Shown: positions 15,833 to 25,489 of the stretch, piece by piece
Position numbering within the stretch: the first letter of the stretch is position 1
Layout of the letters: every line of letters starts with the position of its first letter
Source: Escherichia coli
GTDB lineage: Bacteria; Pseudomonadota; Gammaproteobacteria; Enterobacterales; Enterobacteriaceae
DNA length: 64,000 bases
Direction: 5' to 3' (one strand)
Assembly (NCBI RefSeq): GCF_044324785.1
Contig: NZ_CP172127.1
The notes under the pieces: model-generated
The model's input: the letters and a program-made list of their open reading frames with translations, nothing else
What the model was told of the DNA's origin: nothing
The model's database searches: none
Program-made: the position numbers and the translations under genes

Positions 15833-16952
15833 TTTTAGCTCCTTGAGCGGAATTAATCGATTTGATGACTATTCAGAAAATAATTAAGCGAACCGTTATT
15901 ACCAGTTCCACAATGTGCCATCTTCCAGTCGTGCGACGGGGAGATACGCCGGGTCATACGGATATTTCGCCGCCAGTTTCTCATCGAAAGAAATACCCAG
16001 CCCCGGTTCATCGCCTGGGTGCATATAACCTTCATCGAAGCGCCAGCTATGCGGGAAGACTTCAAGCATTTGTTCGGAATAGCCCATGTACTCCTGAACG
16101 CCAAAGTTTGGCACCCAGAGGTCAAAATGCAGCGCCGCCGCATGACAAACAGGCGATAAATCTGAAGGGCCATGCGAACCGGTACGTACCTGATAAAGCG
16201 ATGCAAAATCGGCAATCCGTCGCATCCCGGTAATGCCGCCTGCATGGGTAATCGTCGTGCGAATATAGTCAATCAGCTGCTCTTCGATTAACTGCTTGCA
16301 GTCCCAGATACTGTTAAACACTTCACCGACCGCAATCGGCGTCACAGTATGCTGGCGAATCAGACGAAAACATTCCTGGTTCTCGGCAGGCGTCGGATCT
16401 TCCATCCAGAACAGGCGGTAATCCTCAATGCTCTTCCCAAAGCGCGCCGCTTCGATAGGAGTCAGGCGATGGTGCATGTCATGCAACAGATGTTCGTTAA
16501 AACCGAACTTATTACGCACCGCTTCGAATAACTTCGGCGTAAAATCGAGATACTTTTCTGAAGACCACAACTGCTCTTCTGGCCACAGGCCTTTGGTTGC
16601 CGGTTCATACGCCAGTCCTTTGCCCTTCGCCAGGCCATAAGTGGTTTGCATACCCGGTACACCACACTGCACACGAATCGCCTTAAAGCCCATCTGCTGG
16701 TGCTTTGCATAGTCTTCAAGGACTTCATCAATCGTACGCCCGGTGGTGTGGCAATAAACCATCACGCCTTCACGAGAAGCACCACCAAGCAGTTGATACA
16801 ATGGCATATTTGCCGCTTTTGCTTTGATATCCCACAACGCCATATCAATGGCAGAAATGGCTGACATCGTGACGGGGCCACGTCGCCAGTAAGCACCGGT
16901 GATGCTGCCAACTTACTGATTTAGTGTATGATGGTGTTTTTGAGGTGCTCCA

Positions 16953-17228
16953 GTGGCTTCTGTTTCTATCAGCTGTCCCTCCTGTTCAGCTACTGACGGG
17001 GTGGTGCGTAACGGCAAAAGCACCGCCGGACATCAGCGCTATCTCTGCTCTCACTGCCGTAAAACATGGCAACTGCAGTTCACTTACACCGCTTCTCAAC
17101 CCGGTACGCACCAGAAAATCATTGATATGGCCATGAATGGCGTTGGATGCCGGGCAACTGCCCGCATTATGGGCGTTGGCCTCAACACGATTTTACGTCA
17201 CTTAAAAAACTCAGGCCGCAGTCGGTAA
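16953..17228 (+). CDS. insA: IS1 protein InsA (zinc-finger DNA-binding)
   Basis: 91 aa [43 protein letters not shown]... Confidence 0.95.
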
Positions 17229-17650
17229 CCTCGCGCATACAGCCGGGCAGTGACGTCATCGTCTGCGCGGAAATGGACGAACAGTGGGGCTATGTCGGGG
17301 CTAAATCGCGCCAGCGCTGGCTGTTTTACGCGTATGACAGTCTCCGGAAGACGGTTGTTGCGCACGTATTCGGTGAACGCACTATGGCGACGCTGGGGCG
17401 TCTTATGAGCCTGCTGTCACCCTTTGACGTGGTGATATGGATGACGGATGGCTGGCCGCTGTATGAATCCCGCCTGAAGGGAAAGCTGCACGTAATCAGC
17501 AAGCGATATACGCAGCGAATTGAGCGGCATAACCTGAATCTGAGGCAGCACCTGGCACGGCTGGGACGGAAGTCGCTGTCGTTTTCAAAATCGGTGGAGC
17601 TGCATGACAAAGTCATCGGGCATTATCTGAACATAAAACACTATCAATAA
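17147..17650 (+). CDS. insB: IS1 transposase InsB (expressed as InsAB' by -1 frameshift)
   Basis: 167 aa ...[41 protein letters not shown]... Confidence 0.93.
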
Positions 17651-18261
17651 GTTGGAGTCATTACCGTAAGCACCTTTATAAAAGAATTGCCAGATATCTT
17701 CGATACGGCTGGCATCGCGGCCAATTAATTGTGGACAAAGATGATCTTTCAGATAAGAAGCGACCGACAATTCGCGCCCATTTAACGTGGCATCTCCTAA
17801 TCCACAAAGTCCGCTTTCAGTGGTTATTTTAAGCGTAACGAAATTACGTCCTGGGCAAGTAACAAAAACATCTGCAGCAATAATTTTCATTATTGCAATC
17901 TCCTGTGTTGTAAATAGACGCTTCAAACTTAATTTTACGCCTACTACCATACAAGAGAGAAAGAGCGATTATTCAACCGTGATCACATTAAAAACAAAAA
18001 TTCCCACCGAGGAACAAGAATATCCTCAAATTTCATCCACACTATTAATTACTATTGTTAAAACAACACGTTAAATAATCACATAACAAATTCCTCTAAG
18101 GAAGAGAGTCATAACAATAACAAATGATAATCATATTTTACTTAATTCAATACGTATCGATATGTTTATTTTAAAAAGATTTTTCGGAATGAGAGATGAA
18201 AAGAAGATACACAAACAGGAAGAAATACGATTAATATTGGTCGCGGTAAGGGTAGCCGTTC

Positions 18262-18378
18262 CTCCCTTCCGCAACCCATTAACCCTTGAAGTCACAGTCT
18301 ATTTCAGGCATTTCTCAACTCAAAATAACGAAGGCCAATGTGAACTTTGTGGCTCTCCAGGATCCGCTTTGTTTTCCA
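18262..18378 (+). repeat. diverged partial copy of the oxyS 3' half including a terminator-like hairpin
   Basis: ttaacccttgaagtcac identical to oxyS; the following ~80 nt are about 80 percent identical (tttctcaactcaaaataacgaaggccaatgtgaactttgtggctctccaggatccgctttgtttt versus oxyS tttctcaactcgaataactaaagccaacgtgaacttttgcggatctccaggatccgctttttttt). Confidence 0.8.
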
Positions 18379-19857
18379 TCAAACAACGGAACTCAGCGCA
18401 CTGGCAACCTGTTTAAAGCGAGCAAACCGTCGCCTGAGCATGTGTGCTTTTTCTACATTCGGTTCAAGACGAATCACGTTGAGATGCGTGGCCTTCATGG
18501 CCTGTTTGAATCCAGAATAAGCCCCTCCTCCTACTGCCGCACACATTGCAGCCGCTCTACAACCTGACTGTTCAATATCGACAATTTCAAGAGGCATGTT
18601 GCTGGCATCACAAAACATCTGCATCCAGATTCTGGAATGCGTTGGCCCGCCAGAGAAACGAATCGTTTGCAATGACTTATCAATCTCAATAAGACGGTCC
18701 TGATGCAACAAATGAGAAAAGACAATGCCCTGATAAATCGCGTACACCAAATCTTCTCTTTTATGATGCCCACACAGCCCCAAAAATCCCCCGCTTAATG
18801 CCTCATGGTAATTCGAGCCAAACAACCACGGGAAAAAGAGAATATCATTCTGCTTCTCATACCCTCGTTCCACCCACTCATTAATCACCCGATAGCTGTC
18901 AGGAAGATCCGGTAAAAATTGCTGCAAGAACCATGTCAAATTACTGGCTGATGTAGGGCTTCCCTCATGGGCGAAAAATGTACCTGGAATGCTAAATTTC
19001 CCCCATACATAGGGATAATCAGAAGGAATAATGCGATCAAAGATACGCGTTGCAATTGACCAGGTGCCAGCAACCGCACTTAACGTTGTACTGTCATAGA
19101 TGCCAGAAGTGAGCGCCGCACCAACGACATCAAAAACACCACCAAAAACAGGCGTTCCGGCGAGAAGCCCACATTGGCTGGCTGCTTCAGATGTCACAAC
19201 CCCTGCTAAATCAGCGGAGCCAATAATATCGGGAACCTTACCCGCAACTTCCTTAATCTCAAATAGGCGAAAAAGTTCAGCATCATAAGCACTGGTATAT
19301 TGATTATAAAAATTACTGCCTGAAATATTGGTTTCTTCACAAGCCAGTTTGCCAGTAAGCCGTGAACGTATGTAATCATGAACCATCAAAATGGTTCCGA
19401 TGCGGCCATAATTGTCAGTCTCATGTTTTTTCAACCAATGCAATAGTGCTACAGGGTGCGATGGCCAGAGCTGTTGCAGACTACGGTGATAGCTTTCGCG
19501 GTCAATTCCTTGTTCTTTCCAGCTTGCAACCAGTTGTTGTGCGCGAGAATCAGAGGAAACAATGCCGTATCGTAAGGGCTTACCTTGCCGGTCGAGCAGG
19601 TACAAACCTTTACCATGAGCAGAAAAACTGATGCCATCAATCTGACTCGCAGTAATATTGTTCTCTGACATCGACAGTGAAATGACCTGGCACGTTACCT
19701 TCCATAACGCCTCCATGTCGCGTTCGCAAAAACCAGGACATGGGCTTAACAGAGGTAACACTTGCGAAGAGACACCTATTTCACGTCCTTCTGCCGTATA
19801 AATTCCCGCTTTGGTTTCTGTACCACCTAAATCGACACCAATAAAATACCGCTCCAT
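18379..19857 (-). CDS. FGGY-family carbohydrate kinase (xylulokinase/L-xylulokinase-like)
   Basis: 492 aa; MERYFIGVDLGGTETKAGIYTAEG N-terminal actin-fold kinase motif; last gene of the minus-strand operon. Confidence 0.82.
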   Translation of the reverse strand: MERYFIGVDLGGTETKAGIYTAEGREIGVSSQVLPLLSPCPGFCERDMEALWKVTCQVISLSMSENNITASQIDGISFSAHGKGLYLLDRQGKPLRYGIVSSDSRAQQLVASWKEQGIDRESYHRSLQQLWPSHPVALLHWLKKHETDNYGRIGTILMVHDYIRSRLTGKLACEETNISGSNFYNQYTSAYDAELFRLFEIKEVAGKVPDIIGSADLAGVVTSEAASQCGLLAGTPVFGGVFDVVGAALTSGIYDSTTLSAVAGTWSIATRIFDRIIPSDYPYVWGKFSIPGTFFAHEGSPTSASNLTWFLQQFLPDLPDSYRVINEWVERGYEKQNDILFFPWLFGSNYHEALSGGFLGLCGHHKREDLVYAIYQGIVFSHLLHQDRLIEIDKSLQTIRFSGGPTHSRIWMQMFCDASNMPLEIVDIEQSGCRAAAMCAAVGGGAYSGFKQAMKATHLNVIRLEPNVEKAHMLRRRFARFKQVASALSSVV

Positions 19858-19873
19858 GATCCCTCCTTAGTTT

Positions 19874-20737
19874 CTAAATATTATCCCAGCCGGCAAGGCG
19901 CATTTTCTCTTCAATCCATTGACGTGCATGAATAATTTCTAATAGAGGTTCCGTCGCTTTTTCTGTCCACATTTCTATCAGAAACGTTCCGCGATAATTA
20001 AGATTACGCAGAATCTTAAATAATTTAATAAAATCTACACACCCTTCACCAAAAGGAACGTCACGAAATTGCCCTGGAGAATCAGGCGTTACTGGGTACG
20101 TATCTTTAAGATGGATTGCGGCAATTCGATCAATCCCCTTTACCAGCTCACTTTCCAGTTCATTACCCCATGCGGTCAGATTGCCAACATCCGGATAAAC
20201 GGTAAACCAAGGGGAATTAATTTTTGTATCCAGGACTTTCCATTTACTAATAGAATTAATAAATGGCGTATCCATGATTTCTACAGCACACATAACTTGT
20301 GCCGCTGCGGCCTGTTCAGCTGTCCAGGCCATCGCATCTTCAAACCAGGCGATAGTTTCTTCATTCTGCGGCTCATAATAAACGTCATAGCCTGCCAGTT
20401 GGATTGTTCGAATCCCCAAATCCTGCGCCAGGCGTAACGCCTTCAACATAATCGTACGCGCCTGCTGACGAGTATCTCTATCATGGCTACCAAATGGAAA
20501 ACGCCGGTGAGCAGACAGGCACATTGTCGGAATACGGATCCCCGTTTGCTGAATGGCGCTAATAAGCTCCATACGCTCGGTGAGCGACCAGTCCAGGCGG
20601 GCGAGTCGTTCATCATTCTCATCTACCGACATCTCAACAAAATCAAAACCGCAAGATTTAGCCAGGGCTAGTTTCTCTACCCAACTGGTATTCCTGGGTA
20701 GCGCTTTTTCATAAATACCTAACGGGTGGCGTCGCAT
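19874..20737 (-). CDS. sugar-phosphate 3-epimerase, TIM-barrel (L-xylulose/L-ribulose-5-phosphate 3-epimerase UlaE/SgbU-like)
   Basis: 287 aa; LGIYEKALP...GFDFVEMSVDE.DERLARLDWS...CLSAHRRFPFGS...IQLAGYDVYYE...PDVGNL...FGEG.VDF motifs shared with UlaE/SgbU. Confidence 0.85.
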   Translation of the reverse strand: MRRHPLGIYEKALPRNTSWVEKLALAKSCGFDFVEMSVDENDERLARLDWSLTERMELISAIQQTGIRIPTMCLSAHRRFPFGSHDRDTRQQARTIMLKALRLAQDLGIRTIQLAGYDVYYEPQNEETIAWFEDAMAWTAEQAAAAQVMCAVEIMDTPFINSISKWKVLDTKINSPWFTVYPDVGNLTAWGNELESELVKGIDRIAAIHLKDTYPVTPDSPGQFRDVPFGEGCVDFIKLFKILRNLNYRGTFLIEMWTEKATEPLLEIIHARQWIEEKMRLAGWDNI

Positions 20738-21813
20738 TATTTTCCCTCACGAGTGATCAATTGTTGTTGAAAGATTTTCCGGCTCTTATTCATGTCACGC
20801 TGCAACTGCCATTTTTGTTTGATGAATTTAAATGCCAATGCGGCGATCAATGTGATCCCCCATACCGCCAGATTGAAATGCAAACTAATTCCCAACAGAC
20901 TAAGGCCGGTAGCAATAACCTGAAGCACAAGTAAGGCACAAAAAACATGACTGACTTTACCCGCCCCACCGAATGGATCTGTGCCTCCCAATACAATTGC
21001 AAGAACCGTCAAGAGCAAATAGGAATCGCCATAGCCCATACGCGCCGAATTAAATCGCGCGAGCATAATAAGACCTGCTAATACACACAACATGCTGGAT
21101 ATAGCATATATAGCAATTAATACGCGGTCGGTGCGAATACCGCTAAACCATGTGGCGTTAATATTACTGCCACACATATAAATCGTTTTTCCCGTACGGG
21201 TTTTGCCGAGGAACAGAGCTAAAGCAACGGTGGTGACGATAAAAATCATCATCGGTACTGGGATCCCCATGATAACTTCAGACCCAATACTGCGGACTAC
21301 TGGTGGCATACCACTTAAAGCTGCCCCCTTAGTCAGGTAAATACCGATACCACTAATAATGGTCATGCTACCCAATGTGACCAAAATAGGGTGAGCGCCT
21401 ATATGAGAAATAATTAACCCAGTAATAGCTCCAATGATGATGGCAATAAGCATCGCCCCGACAATAGCCAGGAAGAGCCAAAACAACTGGCTACCTGTAG
21501 ATGCATCTGCGGGTACATATTGAATCAACACCCAGGCCATAAACAGGCTGGTCAGATTCGCAGTACCGATGATTGCCAGATTAAGCCCCCCGCTCAACAT
21601 CGGTATAAACATCGCAAACGTGAGCAACCCAAGCTCTGGCAATTGAAATGCAATGCTCAGAAAAGTATTGTCGGTGAAAAAACGCCCCGGCATTGCCAGA
21701 CTAAATAACACCACCGCAATAAAACATATTGATAATAAGCCTGAACTGGTACCATCTAGTGGAAAAAATATCCGCTTGTTCATTTCGATCCTCCCGTTAG
21801 ACGAAACCAACAT
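20737..21813 (-). CDS. sugar ABC transporter permease (CUT2/RbsC-like)
   Basis: 358 aa, multi-pass membrane protein, in operon with the ATPase and binding protein. Confidence 0.8.
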   Translation of the reverse strand: MLVSSNGRIEMNKRIFFPLDGTSSGLLSICFIAVVLFSLAMPGRFFTDNTFLSIAFQLPELGLLTFAMFIPMLSGGLNLAIIGTANLTSLFMAWVLIQYVPADASTGSQLFWLFLAIVGAMLIAIIIGAITGLIISHIGAHPILVTLGSMTIISGIGIYLTKGAALSGMPPVVRSIGSEVIMGIPVPMMIFIVTTVALALFLGKTRTGKTIYMCGSNINATWFSGIRTDRVLIAIYAISSMLCVLAGLIMLARFNSARMGYGDSYLLLTVLAIVLGGTDPFGGAGKVSHVFCALLVLQVIATGLSLLGISLHFNLAVWGITLIAALAFKFIKQKWQLQRDMNKSRKIFQQQLITREGK

Positions 21814-22789
21814 CAGTTTCTTTACGCTTTTTGTAATGGGTCACACAAATCGCCGAGACAATAACCACCCCAATAACGATATTGACGAAATAACTCGAGA
21901 CACCAATCAAATTAAGGCCGTTTTTAAGAATACCGATAAGAAATACGCCCATAAGCGTACCAATGACCGTACCACGTCCGCCTGATAAACTGGCACCGCC
22001 CAATACCGCTGCAGCCAGCACATCCAACTCTCCGCCAACCAATGCATTCGGCACAACTTCACTCATACGGTAAGCTTGCAGCATTCCACCAATTGCTGCA
22101 GCGGCACCAAGATAACCGTAAGCAAACAGATAAATTAGCGACACCCGAATCCCAATACGTCTTGCTGATTCGGTATTCCCTCCCACGGCATAAAGCTGAC
22201 GCCCAATATGGGTTTTGTTCATTATCACCCACGTCAGAAATGCCATTCCCAGCATAACCACTAACGGTAATCCGATCTGGTAATCTTCTCCGCCAAATTC
22301 AAAACTCAGGAAAGAACGCTGCGTAATCCACCAATCCGGTAAATCGTAAATACTGTGACCATTAGTCAACCACATCAACATACCGAACAGTAACGACTGC
22401 ATACTAATCGTAATGATGATAGAAACGACATTAAGGTAATAAATAAGAATAGCGTTTATCAAACCAAAAATGATGCCAAAAAAAACAGCAAACACCAGGC
22501 AGAAAAATGGATTTGATAGCGTTTCATTAAGCAGTAACGACGCCACAACATATTGCACAACCGAAGCTACTGCTGCAAAAGAGATATCAATTCCGCCAGT
22601 AACCAATACGACAAATAATCCGAGGGCGAAAATACCCGTTACGGCATAACTCTCCGAGAGATCGAGCAAGTTCTGTATTGATAAAAACTCATCGCTCATG
22701 ATGGAAAAAAATACCAGCATGAGAACAATGACCCATCCTAACCAAGCTTCGACTGAACGAGGAAACCGCAGCCGCATAAAGCTAACCAT
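21797..22789 (-). CDS. sugar ABC transporter permease (CUT2/RbsC-like)
   Basis: 330 aa hydrophobic multi-pass protein; overlaps neighbouring genes by a few codons (translational coupling). Confidence 0.8.
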   Translation of the reverse strand: MVSFMRLRFPRSVEAWLGWVIVLMLVFFSIMSDEFLSIQNLLDLSESYAVTGIFALGLFVVLVTGGIDISFAAVASVVQYVVASLLLNETLSNPFFCLVFAVFFGIIFGLINAILIYYLNVVSIIITISMQSLLFGMLMWLTNGHSIYDLPDWWITQRSFLSFEFGGEDYQIGLPLVVMLGMAFLTWVIMNKTHIGRQLYAVGGNTESARRIGIRVSLIYLFAYGYLGAAAAIGGMLQAYRMSEVVPNALVGGELDVLAAAVLGGASLSGGRGTVIGTLMGVFLIGILKNGLNLIGVSSYFVNIVIGVVIVSAICVTHYKKRKETDVGFV

Positions 22790-24299
22790 TAATCACCTCC
22801 GCCAACTGCTGCTCGGTATAATTCGAAGGCAACAGCTCATGAATAATCTTTCCGCGCTTCATATGAAAAATACGATCGCAGTTATAATAAGCTTCTGGTG
22901 CTTCATCAGTAATTAATATCACTGAAATACCCACACCTGAAAGCCGATGAATAAGCTGGTAAATACTATCTTTTGCGCCAATATCTACACCTACCGTTGG
23001 CGCATCCAGAATTAAAACCTTAGGTCGTGTTAAAATCCATTTAGCCAGGACAACCTTTTGTTGATTGCCACCAGATAGCGTTGAAAGTGGATTATTTGGA
23101 TCGGTGACCTTAATATCCAAATCCTGGATCCACTCCTTGACTAAGGTTTCTTTTCGATTTTCATCAATAAACCCCGATGGCGTCTTTAAACGATCCAGAA
23201 TCGAGAGCACCATATTATCGCTGATAGATTGGGGTAATACGGCCCCCAGTGTCAGGCGATCTTCTGAAACATATGCTATTCCCAGTTTTACCGCATGCGT
23301 GTTGTCTTTAATTGTAACGGGCTTACCTTCAAGATAAATATCACCACTATCTGCTCGAGTAATACCGAAAAGACTCAATGCTAATTCGGTTCTCCCCGCA
23401 CCAAGTAAACCACACAATCCCAGAACCTCGCCTTGGTGTAGTTTTAGAGATACATCTTCAAATTGCCCTTTTCTGCATAATTTTTTTAGTTCAAGAACTA
23501 CTTTACCTTCAACGCTATTTGGTAGTTTTTTCTGGTGGACTATAGTTTTTCCGGTCATTAACTCAGTAATATCGCCTGGAGAAAGTTGATTGGCAGCCCA
23601 CGTTCCAATTATCTCTCCATCACGGATGACCGTAATTCGGTCTGAGATTTCCTTAACTTCATCAAGGCGGTGGCTAACAAAAACTACGGTAATATTTTTA
23701 TCGCGTAAGTAATTCACTGTGCGTAGTAATTGATTAACTTCAGTGCGCGTCAATGACGCCGTTGGCTCGTCCATGATGACTAACCGGGCATCGGCAATCA
23801 GAGCCCGGCAAATAGCGACCTGTTGGCGTTGTGCAATCGGCAAATGTTGTACTAACGCATCAGGATCGAGATTGAATTCCAGTTCCTGAATTATTTTCTG
23901 TGATACATCTCGAAGTTGTTTTTTTCTGTGCAGCCCTAAATATCCCTTCAGGTTGTATTCAAAAGCGATATTTTCAGCCACAGAAAGATTTGGGAATAAA
24001 GAAAGATCCTGATATATCACCTGAATACCCAGTTCCCGAGCTTTATCAGGAGAAAGACGAGTCCAGGACTTACCATCTATAATAATTTCACTTCCCGAAT
24101 CAGGAACATAAACACCACACAGCGTTTTGATCAGAGTACTTTTACCACACCCATTCGCACCAGCAAGACAATGAACCTCACCTTTATTTAAGGTAAGATT
24201 GATATTTTTTAGAGCCCTATGGCCACCGAAACTTTTCGTTAGTGACCTTAGCGTCACTAATGGTTGCTCCGCATTCTTCTCTATAATATGAGGCATCAT
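22782..24299 (-). CDS. sugar ABC transporter ATP-binding protein with two fused ABC domains (RbsA/MglA/AraG type)
   Basis: 505 aa; Walker A GANGCGKST in domain 1, second P-loop GLLGAGRTE, ABC signature LSGGNQQK. Confidence 0.88.
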   Translation of the reverse strand: MMPHIIEKNAEQPLVTLRSLTKSFGGHRALKNINLTLNKGEVHCLAGANGCGKSTLIKTLCGVYVPDSGSEIIIDGKSWTRLSPDKARELGIQVIYQDLSLFPNLSVAENIAFEYNLKGYLGLHRKKQLRDVSQKIIQELEFNLDPDALVQHLPIAQRQQVAICRALIADARLVIMDEPTASLTRTEVNQLLRTVNYLRDKNITVVFVSHRLDEVKEISDRITVIRDGEIIGTWAANQLSPGDITELMTGKTIVHQKKLPNSVEGKVVLELKKLCRKGQFEDVSLKLHQGEVLGLCGLLGAGRTELALSLFGITRADSGDIYLEGKPVTIKDNTHAVKLGIAYVSEDRLTLGAVLPQSISDNMVLSILDRLKTPSGFIDENRKETLVKEWIQDLDIKVTDPNNPLSTLSGGNQQKVVLAKWILTRPKVLILDAPTVGVDIGAKDSIYQLIHRLSGVGISVILITDEAPEAYYNCDRIFHMKRGKIIHELLPSNYTEQQLAEVING

Positions 24300-24362
24300 A
24301 ATATTCCTGAATACGACTAAAGGAATTCCGGGTCAAATTTGACCCGGTGATTTACGGTAAAA

Positions 24363-25367
24363 TTACAAGCCTAACTTCACTAAATGTCGTGTATTTTCAA
24401 GATCGAGCTTTTCTGGATTATCACTATAAATAGTGTTGTTATTAACCTTGATCTCGCCCATATCACCGATTTTTACACCGTCTTTAATAGGTTCACCGTT
24501 CATCATTGCCGTCGCAACCTGGACAAAAACCTTACCCGCAATCATAGGGTTTGAAATATATCCCCCATCAATGGCGCCTTTTTCGAGTAGCTTAATTCCC
24601 TGACCTGGAGTGAAGGTTCCAAAAACGCAAATTGCGTCATTTTTCTTCCGCTTATCAATAGCACGCCCCGCACCAATTGGTCCTTGTGAACCAAATGACA
24701 TAATGCCTTTAAGATCTTTATATTTAGACATTAAATCGTTCGTCGTGCGCATTGAATCATCCACCGATTCAGCAACACCAAAACGATCTTCAACCAACGT
24801 CATATTTGGATAATGTTCTTTTTGATAAGCAATCGCGGCATTGGCCCAGTCATTTACCAAAGGCACGGTCAGACTGCCGACAAACATGGCGTATTTACCT
24901 TCTTCGCCCATGCACTTCGCCATATCTTTCATATGATTGGCACCCATTGTCTGGGTATTTAACAACTCAAAATCCCAATCTGCATTTTTTTGATCTGGTG
25001 ATTCGTGGGTAATAACTTTAATACCGGCTTCTTGTGCACGCTTAAGTACAGGTTCAAGAACCTTTGCATCGTTAGGAACAACCCCAATAACATCCACTTT
25101 TCGTGCAATTAAATCTTCAATCGCCCGAACCTGTTCAGCTGGATCTGCCGTTGTAGGGCCGACCTGCCATGCATCAACCCCCAATAGTTTTCCTTCATCT
25201 TTAATGCCTTGTTCCATCACATTAAACCAGGGAATGCCACCGACTTTTACTACTACCCCCATCGTAAAAGGTTTATTCGCTTTTTGTGATGTTACAGTCT
25301 GATCAGCCCATGCAGCAGTGGAAGATAATACGGTAGCAATAAGGCAGGGTAAGATTAATTTTTTCAT
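24363..25367 (-). CDS. periplasmic sugar-binding protein of ABC transporter (RbsB/LsrB-like)
   Basis: 334 aa with N-terminal signal peptide MKKLILPCLIATVLSSTAAWA; first gene of operon. Confidence 0.82.
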   Translation of the reverse strand: MKKLILPCLIATVLSSTAAWADQTVTSQKANKPFTMGVVVKVGGIPWFNVMEQGIKDEGKLLGVDAWQVGPTTADPAEQVRAIEDLIARKVDVIGVVPNDAKVLEPVLKRAQEAGIKVITHESPDQKNADWDFELLNTQTMGANHMKDMAKCMGEEGKYAMFVGSLTVPLVNDWANAAIAYQKEHYPNMTLVEDRFGVAESVDDSMRTTNDLMSKYKDLKGIMSFGSQGPIGAGRAIDKRKKNDAICVFGTFTPGQGIKLLEKGAIDGGYISNPMIAGKVFVQVATAMMNGEPIKDGVKIGDMGEIKVNNNTIYSDNPEKLDLENTRHLVKLGL

Positions 25368-25489
25368 CGTAATTTCCTTAAGAAATAGTTCAGGTGTCAG
25401 GAAAACTCGATATAATATCGACCTGACTATTTATATAATTTATAATCCCTTAGGCATTGATTAATAATTTAGACAATAAATAATGCCTA

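Larger units (their letters stand above)
16899..17665 (+). mobile_element. IS1 insertion sequence, complete, with 9-bp target site duplication GTAAGCACC
   Basis: Terminal inverted repeats GGTGATGCTGCCAACTTACTGAT ... ATCAATAAGTTGGAGTCATTACC; flanked by gtaagcacc at 16890-16898 and 17666-17674. Confidence 0.95.
15899..17890 (-). pseudogene. enolase-superfamily sugar-acid dehydratase (RspA/ManD-like), disrupted by IS1
   Basis: N-terminal fragment (17666-17890) [47 protein letters not shown]...FYKGAY and C-terminal fragment (15899-16898) [36 protein letters not shown]... are contiguous in frame once the IS1 copy is removed. Confidence 0.88.

Noticed and set aside
15899-16867. Initial identification of the dehydratase as D-galactonate dehydratase DgoD next to DgoT
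   Set aside because: The sequence ([25 protein letters not shown]…[21 protein letters not shown]) fits the RspA/ManD-type enolase-superfamily dehydratases better; I left the symbol blank.
17585-17950. 121-aa ORF annotated as an independent gene
   Set aside because: Its first 75 codons are the N-terminus of the IS1-split dehydratase; the remainder is read-through into IS1.
18162-18567. ORFs 18162..18416 and 18286..18567 in the AT-rich spacer upstream of the dehydratase
   Set aside because: They overlap the oxyS-like repeat and the kinase 3' end, and have no RBS or conserved features; the region is better explained as promoter plus repeat.
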